Part shown: positions 1 to 9,061 of the stretch, in pieces
Layout: each line of letters begins with the position of its first letter
How positions within the stretch are numbered: position 1 is the stretch's first letter
DNA from: Myxococcota bacterium
GTDB lineage: Bacteria; Myxococcota_A; Bradymonadia; UBA7976; UBA1532
Reading direction: 5' to 3'
DNA length: 36,716 bases
Assembly (NCBI GenBank): GCA_036337435.1
Contig: JAYZEG010000048.1
Coordinates: 1-36,716, forward strand
Notes under the pieces: generated by a model
The model's database searches: none
Told to the model about the DNA's origin: nothing
The model's input: the letters and a program-made list of their open reading frames with translations, nothing else
Program-made: the position numbers and the translations under genes

Positions 1-132
1 GGCGTTCTCACCCGTGAATTCACACGCCGGCTGAATGACACCAACGACTTTTGGGAAGTTGCTGGAATCATCTGGGCGAACGGGGACCGCCGCGTCGTCG
101 AGATAGACCAGGTTTCTGAGAGACTACCCTGA
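1..132 (+). CDS. 3' end of a truncated hypothetical protein (GVLTREFTRRLNDTNDFWEVAGIIWANGDRRVVEIDQVSERLP*)
   Basis: Frame 1 is open from base 1 to TGA at 130-132. The FWEVA.I.W pattern resembles the C-terminal beta-strands of large myxobacterial surface proteins (impression only). The stop overlaps the proposed CTG start of the next gene. Confidence 0.6.
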   Translation, partial: GVLTREFTRRLNDTNDFWEVAGIIWANGDRRVVEIDQVSERLP

Positions 133-1478
133 TCGAGCAAGCCACACAGGCCTGCGTAAAAATCGAAGGCCTCGACCGTTACGGTCGGGGCTTTTCTGCG
201 TTTGAGGGCCAACGTCTTGTCATTCCCGGAACACTCCCCGGCGAAGTTGTAGATGTCACATTATACCCCCGAAACGGGCGGGTGTGGGGTCGCGTTGTCA
301 ACCTGTACACGTACTCATCAGAACGCGTTTCTCCGGACTGTGAATTCGATAATATCTGCCCAGGCTGCACCATGAGGCACGTGCATGCCCATCGGCAAAA
401 ATCAATGTATAAAGAGACTGTTCGCGCAGCCCTGCGGCGGACACTCGACGCAGATTCATTTCCAATTGAATTTCTCGGTCATGCGCGCCGTGATCATTAT
501 CGTACCCGCGCCATCGCACGGGCATTGATCACAAACACGGGAGACCTCCGACTCGGTATTGTTGGGTATCAGGACACAGTTCCACTCAGCAAATGTGCTG
601 TGCAAACGCGTCGGGTGAAGGCATTGCTCTGTCAGCTGGAGTTAGAATTAGCCGGTCTCGGACTTCGCCATTACGACTCGGCAACACGAACGGGCGAAAT
701 CAGACATGTCGTTGTTGATGCCCATCAAAACCCCAATGGGTCTGGATTGGTCAGCGAACGGGTTGTCATTTGTTTGGGTAGGCCTCTTGAACACGGATGG
801 AACGAGACAACATTCCTGGCTGATCATCGGGGAACGGCGGTCGCGTATGATGTCTTGCCCTTCAGAAGTCCTGGAACCTTCAAAAAACCGATTCCCCTAC
901 GCCATGACTTAAGCATACACTTTCCCGTTGGTCCCGATATCATTAAGTCGACTCTGCCTGCGTGGTGTCCACAAGCACCAAGCACAATCCAGATTGTCCA
1001 AAATACACTCCTAGATTGGCTGTCCCCAACATCCAAGGATGTGATCATAGAGGTCGGGTGTGGAAGCGGCACGAATACCCTTGCCCTGGCCCGCCGTTCA
1101 AAACTGGTGATTGGATTAGACAACTGCCGCGCTGCAGTCAGCGATGCCCGCCACAATTTGGATCGAGCCGAGCTCAGAAATGCATTTATACGGCTCGGAA
1201 GTGCAGACCGAGGGATTGGACGGATCCGTCGAGATTGGCCCCATGTAGATAAGGCCGTTTGTCACGGCATGCGGGTGCCATTCGGACCTCGAGCTATGGC
1301 GCAACTTTCAGCTCTCACCCCCGAAAAAATTGTGATGATCGGACCCAGTCCTAACAGTTTGGTTGCCGACATAAGTGAACTGAAAAAATATCGAATCCAA
1401 CGATTCGGGATTGTGGATCAAACACCGGGAACACCGCTTGTCTTATCCATGGTACTATTACAGCGAATGGCTAATTAA
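129..1478 (+). CDS. RlmD/TrmA-like RNA m5U methyltransferase homologue (TRAM domain, Fe-S motif, SAM domain), probably catalytically inactive
   Basis: The 282..1478 frame is open back to TGA at 117-119 and encodes a TRAM domain (VKIEGLDRYGRGFSAFEGQRLVIPGTLPGEVVDVTL) upstream of the ORF-track start. It also has CxxxxxCPGC plus a later Cys (SKC) and SAM motif EVGCGSG. Proposed start CTG 129 (449 aa); the exact start is uncertain. Confidence 0.8.
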   Translation: MIEQATQACVKIEGLDRYGRGFSAFEGQRLVIPGTLPGEVVDVTLYPRNGRVWGRVVNLYTYSSERVSPDCEFDNICPGCTMRHVHAHRQKSMYKETVRAALRRTLDADSFPIEFLGHARRDHYRTRAIARALITNTGDLRLGIVGYQDTVPLSKCAVQTRRVKALLCQLELELAGLGLRHYDSATRTGEIRHVVVDAHQNPNGSGLVSERVVICLGRPLEHGWNETTFLADHRGTAVAYDVLPFRSPGTFKKPIPLRHDLSIHFPVGPDIIKSTLPAWCPQAPSTIQIVQNTLLDWLSPTSKDVIIEVGCGSGTNTLALARRSKLVIGLDNCRAAVSDARHNLDRAELRNAFIRLGSADRGIGRIRRDWPHVDKAVCHGMRVPFGPRAMAQLSALTPEKIVMIGPSPNSLVADISELKKYRIQRFGIVDQTPGTPLVLSMVLLQRMAN

Positions 1479-1560
1479 GTTCATGGAGCGTCAGCGAAAA
1501 AAACCGCCGCACGGTCACTGAAATTGATTTCGCAACATGAGTAGAAACGTGAGGAACCAG

Positions 1561-3009
1561 ATGCATCTGTTAGACAATATACTCAGCACATTGCTGACCC
1601 TGTCTGCTGACTCAGTGCAGCTCAGACCAAGTTATCCGCCTCATTTCCTCGCGAATGGAGAGCCACTTCAAGCTCATCAAGAGCCCGTGACCAACACGCA
1701 GCTGATGCAAATTCGAGATCGCATTCTTGATCACAATGATCTCAAAGTGCTGGCCAGCACAGGTCGAATAACGGGTGAATACACCTCAAATCAGAACGAA
1801 CCTTTCGCTTTTGTTTTAAAGACGATTGAGAGCGGGCTTGCCATCGCTTTTCGAAGTCTTGGAGACACCATATCCGCCGAAGAAACACCCAGTGATGCTG
1901 CCCAAGATCCAGGTGTAGAGAGCCAATTTAATGATTTGAGTCTGACAGGCATCTTGATGACCGTCGTCGAACGTCAGATATCCGATTTGGTGATTAGCGC
2001 AGGTCGGCCTGCTCGAGTTCGTATCGGTGGTCAATATCATCAACTGCCCAATGCCGTTTTCAGTCAGGACGATATCTTCGACGTACTGGGTGATGTCCTC
2101 ACACCAGAGCGGAAACAGCATTTCGAGTCGACCGGTAGTATTGATTTAGCCTATGAAATTCAGACACCGGGTCAGTCAACAAGGCGCTTCCGGGTCAATC
2201 TGTTTCAACATTCAGATGGTATGGCAAGTGCCTGGCGTCCAATATGGGACGTCATACCGAGCCTGACGCAACTACGCCTGCCGTCTCAAGTTCTTGAACT
2301 GGCTGATATTCCGTACGGACTGGTCTTGATTACTGGGCCGACCGGTTCGGGAAAATCGACAACCCTATCGGCTCTGGTCGAATACATTAACCGAACTTAC
2401 AAGCGACACATTATTACTTTAGAAGACCCGATCGAATATCGATTTCGGGACCAAGCATCGGTGATCCATCAACGGGAAATTGGCATCCATGTGGATTCTT
2501 TTAGTAATGGTCTTCGCAGTGCCTTAAGAGAGGCTCCAGATGTCATTCTCGTTGGAGAAATGCGAGACCAGGACACCATCGCTGCGGCACTTACGGCGGC
2601 TGAAACGGGCCATTTGGTTCTTTCAACATTACACAGTGGACACAGCGCACAAGCAATCGACCGAGTCATCGATGTTTTTCCCGAACATCAGCAACAACAG
2701 GTTCGAGTTCAGCTTTCGGATGTACTGCGCGCCGTCGTCACGCAACGTCTTCTACCCACTCCGGATAAGCAATCTCGCGTGCCCGCCGTCGAGCTCGTCC
2801 GTGTCAATTATGCCGTGTCCAATACAATTCGCGAAGGTCGAATGCATCAATTGACCAGTTTGATTCAATCGGGGTCGAAAAATGGGATGATGCCCTTCGA
2901 TTCAAGCCTAGCGCGACTCGTGAGGGAGGGACTCATCGACATGTCGGTCGCGCTGGGCTGCGCCCGTGACCGTTCATTTTTTGAAAGTTTGGTCCGGAGA
3001 GGTACTTAG
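1561..3009 (+). CDS. pilT: PilT/PilU-family type IV pilus retraction ATPase with an extra N-terminal PilT-like domain
   Basis: Walker A GPTGSGKST, Asp box TLEDPIE, Walker B PDVILVGEMRD, His box GHLVLSTLH, and AVSNTIRE (AIRNLIRE-like). GAGG precedes ATG 1561 (alternative start 1537). Probably a paralogue. Confidence 0.88.
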   Translation: MHLLDNILSTLLTLSADSVQLRPSYPPHFLANGEPLQAHQEPVTNTQLMQIRDRILDHNDLKVLASTGRITGEYTSNQNEPFAFVLKTIESGLAIAFRSLGDTISAEETPSDAAQDPGVESQFNDLSLTGILMTVVERQISDLVISAGRPARVRIGGQYHQLPNAVFSQDDIFDVLGDVLTPERKQHFESTGSIDLAYEIQTPGQSTRRFRVNLFQHSDGMASAWRPIWDVIPSLTQLRLPSQVLELADIPYGLVLITGPTGSGKSTTLSALVEYINRTYKRHIITLEDPIEYRFRDQASVIHQREIGIHVDSFSNGLRSALREAPDVILVGEMRDQDTIAAALTAAETGHLVLSTLHSGHSAQAIDRVIDVFPEHQQQQVRVQLSDVLRAVVTQRLLPTPDKQSRVPAVELVRVNYAVSNTIREGRMHQLTSLIQSGSKNGMMPFDSSLARLVREGLIDMSVALGCARDRSFFESLVRRGT

Positions 3010-3022
3010 GGTTGTCAGACCA

Positions 3023-3241
3023 CTATTGACGGGTTTCCTGACCCTGAATTTTAGTAGACGGGGTCTGGTCAGCCGGCGTCTTACTTGAGTCGCCACTCTT
3101 CAAAACACGTGCTGTATCGAGGTCAAACCCACGTTGGTGCGTCCGCTCATATGGTGGCGTCTGCGCCAGATAGAGATAAAATGCGAGCATTCCCAAGATG
3201 GCAGCAGCACCAATACTGATAACAACCTGACTCATTTTCAT
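3023..3241 (-). CDS. Small hypothetical single-pass membrane protein
   Basis: Hydrophobic stretch VVISIGAAAILGMLAFYLYLA. GAGGG lies 8 nt before ATG 3241. It sits directly downstream of the cytochrome gene on the same strand. Confidence 0.6.
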   Translation of the reverse strand: MKMSQVVISIGAAAILGMLAFYLYLAQTPPYERTHQRGFDLDTARVLKSGDSSKTPADQTPSTKIQGQETRQ

Positions 3242-3303
3242 CTTCGATTCCCTCAAACCATTCAACCTAGTGTAGCGCGGTCTTATAAAACGCCAAGTTT
3301 TAC

Positions 3304-5511
3304 CTATTTCCCCTGTGTTGAATCAGACCGTAGCTGCATCATTCGTCGGATCACCAGCGGATGGTTCGGAATGGCATTTTGGGCAGTCAACAAAACCCGC
3401 ATGGCTTCACTAATCTGGCCCTGGCGCTGAGCCAATTCACTGAGATCCAGATATCCTCGCACATCTTGCGGAGCCACCTTGATCATTTTTTCAAGATGAG
3501 TACGAGCAGCCGACCAATTTTTGGCGTCCATTTCGATGCGGCCAAGCATCCAATAGGCAATGGAAAAACCAGAGTCTCGCTCCAGTGCCTTCTGATAGTG
3601 AGGCCTTGCTTCATTGACCTTACCCTTCGCTAAAGCGATCGTCCCCAAATTGGCATACATAGCTGGGAGCGTCCCATCGCGTCTCAAGGCCTCATTGAAA
3701 AAACGCTCCGCTTTGTCCATCTCGCCGGCCTGCAACTCCAAATAGCCGCGATTACTGGCCGTGAGAGCTTGACTCGGACCAAATTTGTCCGATTTCTCAT
3801 AGGCGCGCCGAGCCTCATCGAGGCGGCGCATTTTGAAGAGAATATTACCCAAATTGCCCCAACCGACACGGTCGTCTGGCTGTTCCTTGACCAAGAGCTC
3901 TAGTACTTTCTTAGCCCCGTTCAAGTCACCCATCAGTTCAAGAGTCTCGGCATGTTCAACTCGAAAACGGCGGCCACCGCCTATTTGATCTGCGGCCTTG
4001 AATGACTGAGCAGCATCGGCAAGTCGACCGAGAGACTTTTGAATCATCGCTAATTCTTCCCAAGCCTCTGGATGATTTGGCTCATTCTTCAATGCAGCCA
4101 AAAGATGTCTAAGGGCTTCTTCCCGATGTTGCTCTTTACCATCCAATCGCCATATTCGTGCATGAGCGATCCCTAACCGAATCTGAGCGTCACCCGCGGC
4201 TTCAGCAGACCGATAGGGTGCTAAAATATCGATCAATTCGACAGTTTGAGGCCGCGCTGTACCCTGGTCAGCGGCGGGTTTTTTCCGGATGAAATGGTCT
4301 GTAAAGGTCACGTGGGGAATATCGCTGGTCCCACCACGGTGCATATGACAGCTAGAGCAAGATGCGTCTCCAATCGTGTGACTTTCATCACAATCGTCTT
4401 GCGTATGGCAGCTGACACAGCCTCCACTTGTCTCTCTGGCCTTATCTCGACGATGGGGGTTGTGGCACGTGGTGCAAGTGAGCTGATCACCCGATGCTTT
4501 CGCACATGCGCTCAGCGATAATCTATGGCCGTGACTGGCAATCCCAAAGTCCGCGCCCCCGTCGTTTGCGTAGACGTAGAGGGACATAAAATCCGCCAGC
4601 GGCTGCCTGGGATCATAATCACTCCACACGCGGCCGGGCATTAGGACACGTGCTTCGCCCGCGAGATGACATTGCTGACAAATCTGTAATTGGGCTCGCT
4701 GAGACAATTTCTTTGGATTTAGAATGGTGGGTTGGGATGCCTCTTGCGGCTCAACGTCACCCATCTGTACGGCAACATGTGCACTGCCTTCTCCGTGGCA
4801 ACGGGCACAGCTAATGCCCTCTGCGAGAGGCCGCTGATAGCTGGCTAATTTGTTCTCACGCAGAGGTGTCGGGTCGTTATGACAAAATAGACAGATGGGT
4901 TTGACAGGCCTGCTGAATCGGCGATGATTTTTTCGTTCGTATCCCGGACTCATGTCCCACATTTTCCTCTCGGTATACCATGTGAGTGGCAACTCGATGA
5001 GTTCCCCGTCAACAGTGCCCAGGTAGGAGCGCGTGTGATTTCCTGAACCGATGACGTGGGACGCTTCCACGACTCGTCGATATTCGGTCCCTGGGAGACT
5101 TTCCTCCTGAAAATAAGCCCCGTCTTTATCCCTGAAAGCACGATAGACAACACCAGTTTCTGGATGGGTAACGACCGCTTTCGAAGGGCTAAAGTCTTCT
5201 ATGATCTCCGCCTGCTTGACGGTATAAAGCGAATGCCCCATGCCTGTTTCGAGAAAACCGGACACAATATCCGGATGGCAATCCGCACAGACCTCCGGCC
5301 CAGGACTTTTGTCGTCAATAGACCGGTAGTGAGGTGACACTTTTGAATCGGTAGCAATTGATTTTGCGGGGCGAGTTGGCGCGGATTGGTCCAATACGGG
5401 CGTCACAGCTTTCGTCGATGAACTTGCAATTGTTCCCGTTTGCTTGCGTGTGCAGCTCGACATGGAAAACAGAAGGAAGATGACTGCGTATTGAAGGCAA
5501 GGTTGCCGCAC
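3304..5511 (-). CDS. Multiheme (7 x CxxCH) cytochrome c lipoprotein with C-terminal TPR repeats
   Basis: Heme motifs CADCH, CLFCH, CARCH, CQQCH, CTTCH, CVSCH, CSSCH. Lipoprotein-like signal ending MSSC. TPR-like repeats (WGNLGNILFK, YANLGTIALAKG, YWMLGRIEM). AGGAG precedes GTG. Confidence 0.9.
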   Translation of the reverse strand: MRQPCLQYAVIFLLFSMSSCTRKQTGTIASSSTKAVTPVLDQSAPTRPAKSIATDSKVSPHYRSIDDKSPGPEVCADCHPDIVSGFLETGMGHSLYTVKQAEIIEDFSPSKAVVTHPETGVVYRAFRDKDGAYFQEESLPGTEYRRVVEASHVIGSGNHTRSYLGTVDGELIELPLTWYTERKMWDMSPGYERKNHRRFSRPVKPICLFCHNDPTPLRENKLASYQRPLAEGISCARCHGEGSAHVAVQMGDVEPQEASQPTILNPKKLSQRAQLQICQQCHLAGEARVLMPGRVWSDYDPRQPLADFMSLYVYANDGGADFGIASHGHRLSLSACAKASGDQLTCTTCHNPHRRDKARETSGGCVSCHTQDDCDESHTIGDASCSSCHMHRGGTSDIPHVTFTDHFIRKKPAADQGTARPQTVELIDILAPYRSAEAAGDAQIRLGIAHARIWRLDGKEQHREEALRHLLAALKNEPNHPEAWEELAMIQKSLGRLADAAQSFKAADQIGGGRRFRVEHAETLELMGDLNGAKKVLELLVKEQPDDRVGWGNLGNILFKMRRLDEARRAYEKSDKFGPSQALTASNRGYLELQAGEMDKAERFFNEALRRDGTLPAMYANLGTIALAKGKVNEARPHYQKALERDSGFSIAYWMLGRIEMDAKNWSAARTHLEKMIKVAPQDVRGYLDLSELAQRQGQISEAMRVLLTAQNAIPNHPLVIRRMMQLRSDSTQGK

Positions 5512-5723
5512 AATTGCTCCTAGAAAACCCGGATCGTTCCGTATAAGCGATCGGCCATGAACTGTTTTGCCACAAAGCGATCAGAAAGTCGTGTAAACAC
5601 TGACTGTGAATCAAGGATCCTGATGCTTAAATGGGTCACCGTAAAAACCGTGTTTCTAGACGTCCAAGCCAGTCCACTTTGGGCGATTTACAACTCTACA
5701 AACACTCTTAGGGAGTTTTCTCA

Positions 5724-6101
5724 ATGAAGACAAATACGAACAATGAATTTGACACCCTGAATCAAAAGCTTGCCGAGTTTGTGAAGCAACGGGAATGGGA
5801 GCAATTTCATACGGCGAAAAATATGGCCATCTGCATCAGTGTGGAAGCCAACGAACTATTGGCTCACTATACCTGGACGTCACCAACAGGACAGAAGGCC
5901 CTCGGCAACGGTGAGCCCGAACGCCAGCTGGTCATCGATGAAGCGGCGGACGTGCTTCTCAGTTTGTTGAGTTATGCAAGGGTCTGTGAATTTGATCTCA
6001 TTGGCGCGGCACGTTCAAAACTAAAGCGCCTCGAAGAAAAATATCCAGTTGAAGAGGCACGCGGTAAGGCCATTAAAGGTCAAGAACGTCCGATGGGTTA
6101 A
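5724..6101 (+). CDS. MazG-like nucleotide pyrophosphohydrolase (dCTP pyrophosphatase type)
   Basis: Motifs REWEQFHTAKNMA..ISVEANELL, DEAADVL and KYPVE. GGGAG RBS. Confidence 0.88.
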   Translation: MKTNTNNEFDTLNQKLAEFVKQREWEQFHTAKNMAICISVEANELLAHYTWTSPTGQKALGNGEPERQLVIDEAADVLLSLLSYARVCEFDLIGAARSKLKRLEEKYPVEEARGKAIKGQERPMG

Positions 6102-6110
6102 TGGACCATG

Positions 6111-6278
6111 CTATTGGCTTCTCTTGACGACGACGCTGGCGGCAACAGCCGCTGAGACAGCGCCACCGAAGATGCTGGCCCATCGCGGAGTCGCTCCGAA
6201 ATGCATCGCTATGAAGGCGAGGAACAAGCCGCCCGAGATGCCCATTGCAATAGGAAGTGCGAGTTTTTGCTTTGCCAT
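6111..6278 (-). CDS. Small two-helix membrane protein (55 aa) at the end of the isc operon
   Basis: MAKQKLALPIAMGISGGLFLAFIAMHFGATPRWASIFGGAVSAAVAASVVVKRSQ has two hydrophobic segments. AGAGG RBS before ATG 6278, 14 nt after the iscX stop. Confidence 0.65.
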   Translation of the reverse strand: MAKQKLALPIAMGISGGLFLAFIAMHFGATPRWASIFGGAVSAAVAASVVVKRSQ

Positions 6279-6292
6279 CGGAAGACCTCTGA

Positions 6293-6505
6293 TTATGTGT
6301 TGTCCTCTTTCCACTCCGAATACCAAGCCATTTGAATGGCTTCGAGGACACGTTCACCGCACCGCTCTGGCGCGTCATCGAAATCGTCAATATCCATGAC
6401 CCATTGCATGAGGTCTGTGAAGCGAACACTTAGGGGATCTATGTCCGTGTGGGTATCATAAAGAATTTCCCCTATGGCATGAATATCAGTCCATCTGAGT
6501 GCCAT
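6293..6505 (-). CDS. iscX: Fe-S assembly protein IscX (YfhJ)
   Basis: LRWTD..AI...LYD.H.D.DP..VRFTDL..WV....FDD.P.RC.E.VLEAIQ.AW pattern; follows hscA. Confidence 0.95.
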   Translation of the reverse strand: MALRWTDIHAIGEILYDTHTDIDPLSVRFTDLMQWVMDIDDFDDAPERCGERVLEAIQMAWYSEWKEDNT

Positions 6506-6507
6506 AT

Positions 6508-8370
6508 TTAGTCCTCTCCCTGCTCATCGTTCTCAAGTTCTTGCTCCAGATTATCAATGCTTACATCTTTGAGGCCGACTTGTAGTGCGCGCTCCATTCG
6601 TCGGTGAGCAAAACCAGCACTCACCTTATCAAGCATTTCTGTCAAGTCTTGTACAAGTCGGTGGTCAGTGCCCTTCGTCGACTCTTCCAAATCGCGGATG
6701 ACCTGGGAGATAATCTCACTCTCATCCTCCGTCAGTAAGTCCTTGTCGGCGCGAATCGCACCCTTCATTGCCAAAAGGACCCGTTCGGCTTCCACAACAG
6801 CCGTCCGGAGAAATCGAGCTGTCACATCAGCCTCAGCATGGTCAAGGGACGCTTGCAGCATGTCTTCAATTTGAGCATCTGTCAGACCATGGCTTGGTTG
6901 GACGATCACTTGCTGCTGAATACCTGTGCTAAGTTCCTCCGCGGATACAGTCAAAATGCCATCGGCATCGATTTGAAAGTTGACCCGTACGCGCGCGATT
7001 CCGGCTGGCTTCGGGGGAATCCCACGAAGCTGGAAACGAGCAAGACTCCGGCAGTCACCGACAAGCTCCCTTTCCCCCTGAAGAACATGAATATCCATCG
7101 CCGTTTGCCCATCCTGGTACGTCGTGAATTCCTGGCTACGACTGGCCGGAATTTGGCTACAGCGGGGAATGACTTTTTCAACCAGGCCCCCCATCATTTC
7201 GAGACCCACCGAAAGCGGGGTGACATCCAAGAGGAGTACATCACCGCCATCGATCAATCTAAGTTCCGACTCTGCTGATAATAAATCAGCCTGGCTTGCC
7301 GCCCCTAAAGCAACGACTTGGTCTGGATCGATATCAGAGAGCGGCTGCCGCTCGAATAAGTCAGCGACAAATCGATGAACGAACGGCGACCGCGTACTGC
7401 CACCGACCAGAACGACACCATCGAGTTGTTCTGGTCGAATACCCGCATCACGGAAGGCGCGCTGACATGGCGCGACAACGCGCCGTAAAGTTGGTTCGAC
7501 AATCGCCTCATATTGGTCACGACTGACGGTGAGACGATGGTCGTTGCCGAGGTCATCTGCAATCTCGACCTGCGCTTCAAAATGATTCGTCAACTCAATT
7601 TTGGCGGCCTCGGCAACCATCAATAAACGCTGTTTGAAGCCCTGAGATAGGCCCGATTCAGTCAGCGAAAACTGCTCGAGTAGTGCTTTGGCAAAAGCTG
7701 CATCGAAGTCATCACCGCCCAGCTGACTATCACCACCGGTCGACATGACCTCAAAGACACCATCGACCAGGTGCAAAATACTGATATCGAAAGTCCCTCC
7801 ACCCAGGTCAAAAATCGCAAACCGACCCTCTGCTCGCTTATCAAGTCCGTAGGCTAAAGCAGCCGCTGTCGGTTCATTAACCAGCCGAAGTACATCGAGG
7901 CCAGCCAAACGCCCAGCTTGCCGGGTCGCTTGCCGTTGCGTATCATCGAAGTAAGCAGGCACTGTGATAACAGCTTGACTGACCTCTCCGCCCAGGGCCT
8001 CGGCGGCATATCTCTTGAGTTCTCTAAGGATTTCCGCAGACACTTCGACGGGCGTCGGCTGTTGGTGGCCCAGGTCGAGTCTCAACAGGGAGCCGTCTTG
8101 CTTGATGCGAGAATCCCCGAATCCCAATTTTTGAGCTTCTTCTGCTGTTCGACCGAGTAACCGTTTTACAGACAAAATCGTCTGGTGGCTTGCATCTGCC
8201 GCCGAATCCCGAGCAGCTCGCCCGACTAATGTTTCGCTTTCGCCACGGTACTGAACCGCCGAAGGCAGCGTGGCTTTACCACCGTCTACATCGATGATCT
8301 GAGCCTGACCACCATGTACAAAGGCGACCAGGCTATTCGTGGTCCCAAGGTCGATACCAACGGCTTTCAT
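6508..8370 (-). CDS. hscA: Fe-S chaperone HscA (Hsp70 family)
   Basis: [51 protein letters not shown]; isc context. Confidence 0.95.
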   Translation of the reverse strand: MKAVGIDLGTTNSLVAFVHGGQAQIIDVDGGKATLPSAVQYRGESETLVGRAARDSAADASHQTILSVKRLLGRTAEEAQKLGFGDSRIKQDGSLLRLDLGHQQPTPVEVSAEILRELKRYAAEALGGEVSQAVITVPAYFDDTQRQATRQAGRLAGLDVLRLVNEPTAAALAYGLDKRAEGRFAIFDLGGGTFDISILHLVDGVFEVMSTGGDSQLGGDDFDAAFAKALLEQFSLTESGLSQGFKQRLLMVAEAAKIELTNHFEAQVEIADDLGNDHRLTVSRDQYEAIVEPTLRRVVAPCQRAFRDAGIRPEQLDGVVLVGGSTRSPFVHRFVADLFERQPLSDIDPDQVVALGAASQADLLSAESELRLIDGGDVLLLDVTPLSVGLEMMGGLVEKVIPRCSQIPASRSQEFTTYQDGQTAMDIHVLQGERELVGDCRSLARFQLRGIPPKPAGIARVRVNFQIDADGILTVSAEELSTGIQQQVIVQPSHGLTDAQIEDMLQASLDHAEADVTARFLRTAVVEAERVLLAMKGAIRADKDLLTEDESEIISQVIRDLEESTKGTDHRLVQDLTEMLDKVSAGFAHRRMERALQVGLKDVSIDNLEQELENDEQGED

Positions 8371-8396
8371 ATTCAGCCCAATCCTTCATTCTCAAA

Positions 8397-8993
8397 TTAA
8401 TCGGCAAGCGCGTGCAGGTCGTCCAAAATCTTTTTTAAGTACTTGAGCTGAGCTGCATACTGGGCCAGTACCACAATTGAGGCGTCGGTGCCATCCAGAC
8501 CCGCACCAAGCGCATCGAGGGTGCCCTCGTAGCGACTGGCTACATCGTGTTCGATACGGCCCCGCTCAACATGAGTGTCCGACCCATTCAGCTCATCGAT
8601 GGCCTCGCGTAATTCAAGCATCTCCATGAGAAACATTGGAGGCAGCTTGACCTGGTTGCGCTCATCAGTCATATCGAGCCCGCGAAGGCCAATCATGTAC
8701 TCTGCACGCTTGACCGGGTCTTTGAGAACCCTGAATGCGTCATTTAGAGCCGTTGCATGCTCAAGAGAGAACCGGCGTTCCATATCGCTCCGACTCGCAT
8801 GGCGGTCTGGGTGAAACTGTCTTTGTAATCGACGGTGGCGTTCTGCCAACTCCCCGACGTCAACGTGGTAGGATTGACCGATATCTAGGCGTTCAAAATG
8901 TGACAGGTTGGGTCTCGGAGCCTGGAGTGCGCCGCACTCCGGACAGATAAAATCCGTGTCACCGTATTCCCATTGGCAACGCCAACACTTCAT
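8397..8993 (-). CDS. hscB: Co-chaperone HscB with N-terminal tetracysteine motif
   Basis: J-domain LQRQFHPD and LNDAFRVLKDPVKRAEY; MFLMEMLELRE; N-terminal CWRC-x10-CPEC. Confidence 0.95.
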   Translation of the reverse strand: MKCWRCQWEYGDTDFICPECGALQAPRPNLSHFERLDIGQSYHVDVGELAERHRRLQRQFHPDRHASRSDMERRFSLEHATALNDAFRVLKDPVKRAEYMIGLRGLDMTDERNQVKLPPMFLMEMLELREAIDELNGSDTHVERGRIEHDVASRYEGTLDALGAGLDGTDASIVVLAQYAAQLKYLKKILDDLHALAD

Positions 8994-9030
8994 CGCTATA
9001 TCCTAGATTTCTGGTGGAATCGACGTACGA

Positions 9031-9057
9031 AAAGGTCCGTTCATTAATGAACGGCCT
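9031..9057 (-). terminator. Intra-operon hairpin / probable intrinsic terminator after iscA
   Basis: Perfect 18-bp palindrome CCGTTCATTAATGAACGG (9037-9054), followed on the minus strand by ACCTTTT, a few nt after the iscA stop. Confidence 0.55.
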
Positions 9058-9061
9058 ATGA

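Noticed and set aside
166..265. Possible minus-strand small RNA (TATAAT at 265-260 plus hairpin)
   Set aside because: There is no -35, no tRNA or SRP features, and the region is explained as TRAM coding sequence.
282..284. ORF-track start of the RlmD-like gene
   Set aside because: It would cut off most of an in-frame TRAM domain encoded upstream.
5724..6101. MazG-like gene as part of an anti-phage or toxin-antitoxin system
   Set aside because: It stands alone with no effector, nucleotidyltransferase or toxin neighbour; housecleaning is the simpler reading.
6049..6429. Overlapping 116-118 aa ORFs on both strands
   Set aside because: They are shadows of mazG-like, iscX and the 55-aa membrane ORF, with no motifs.
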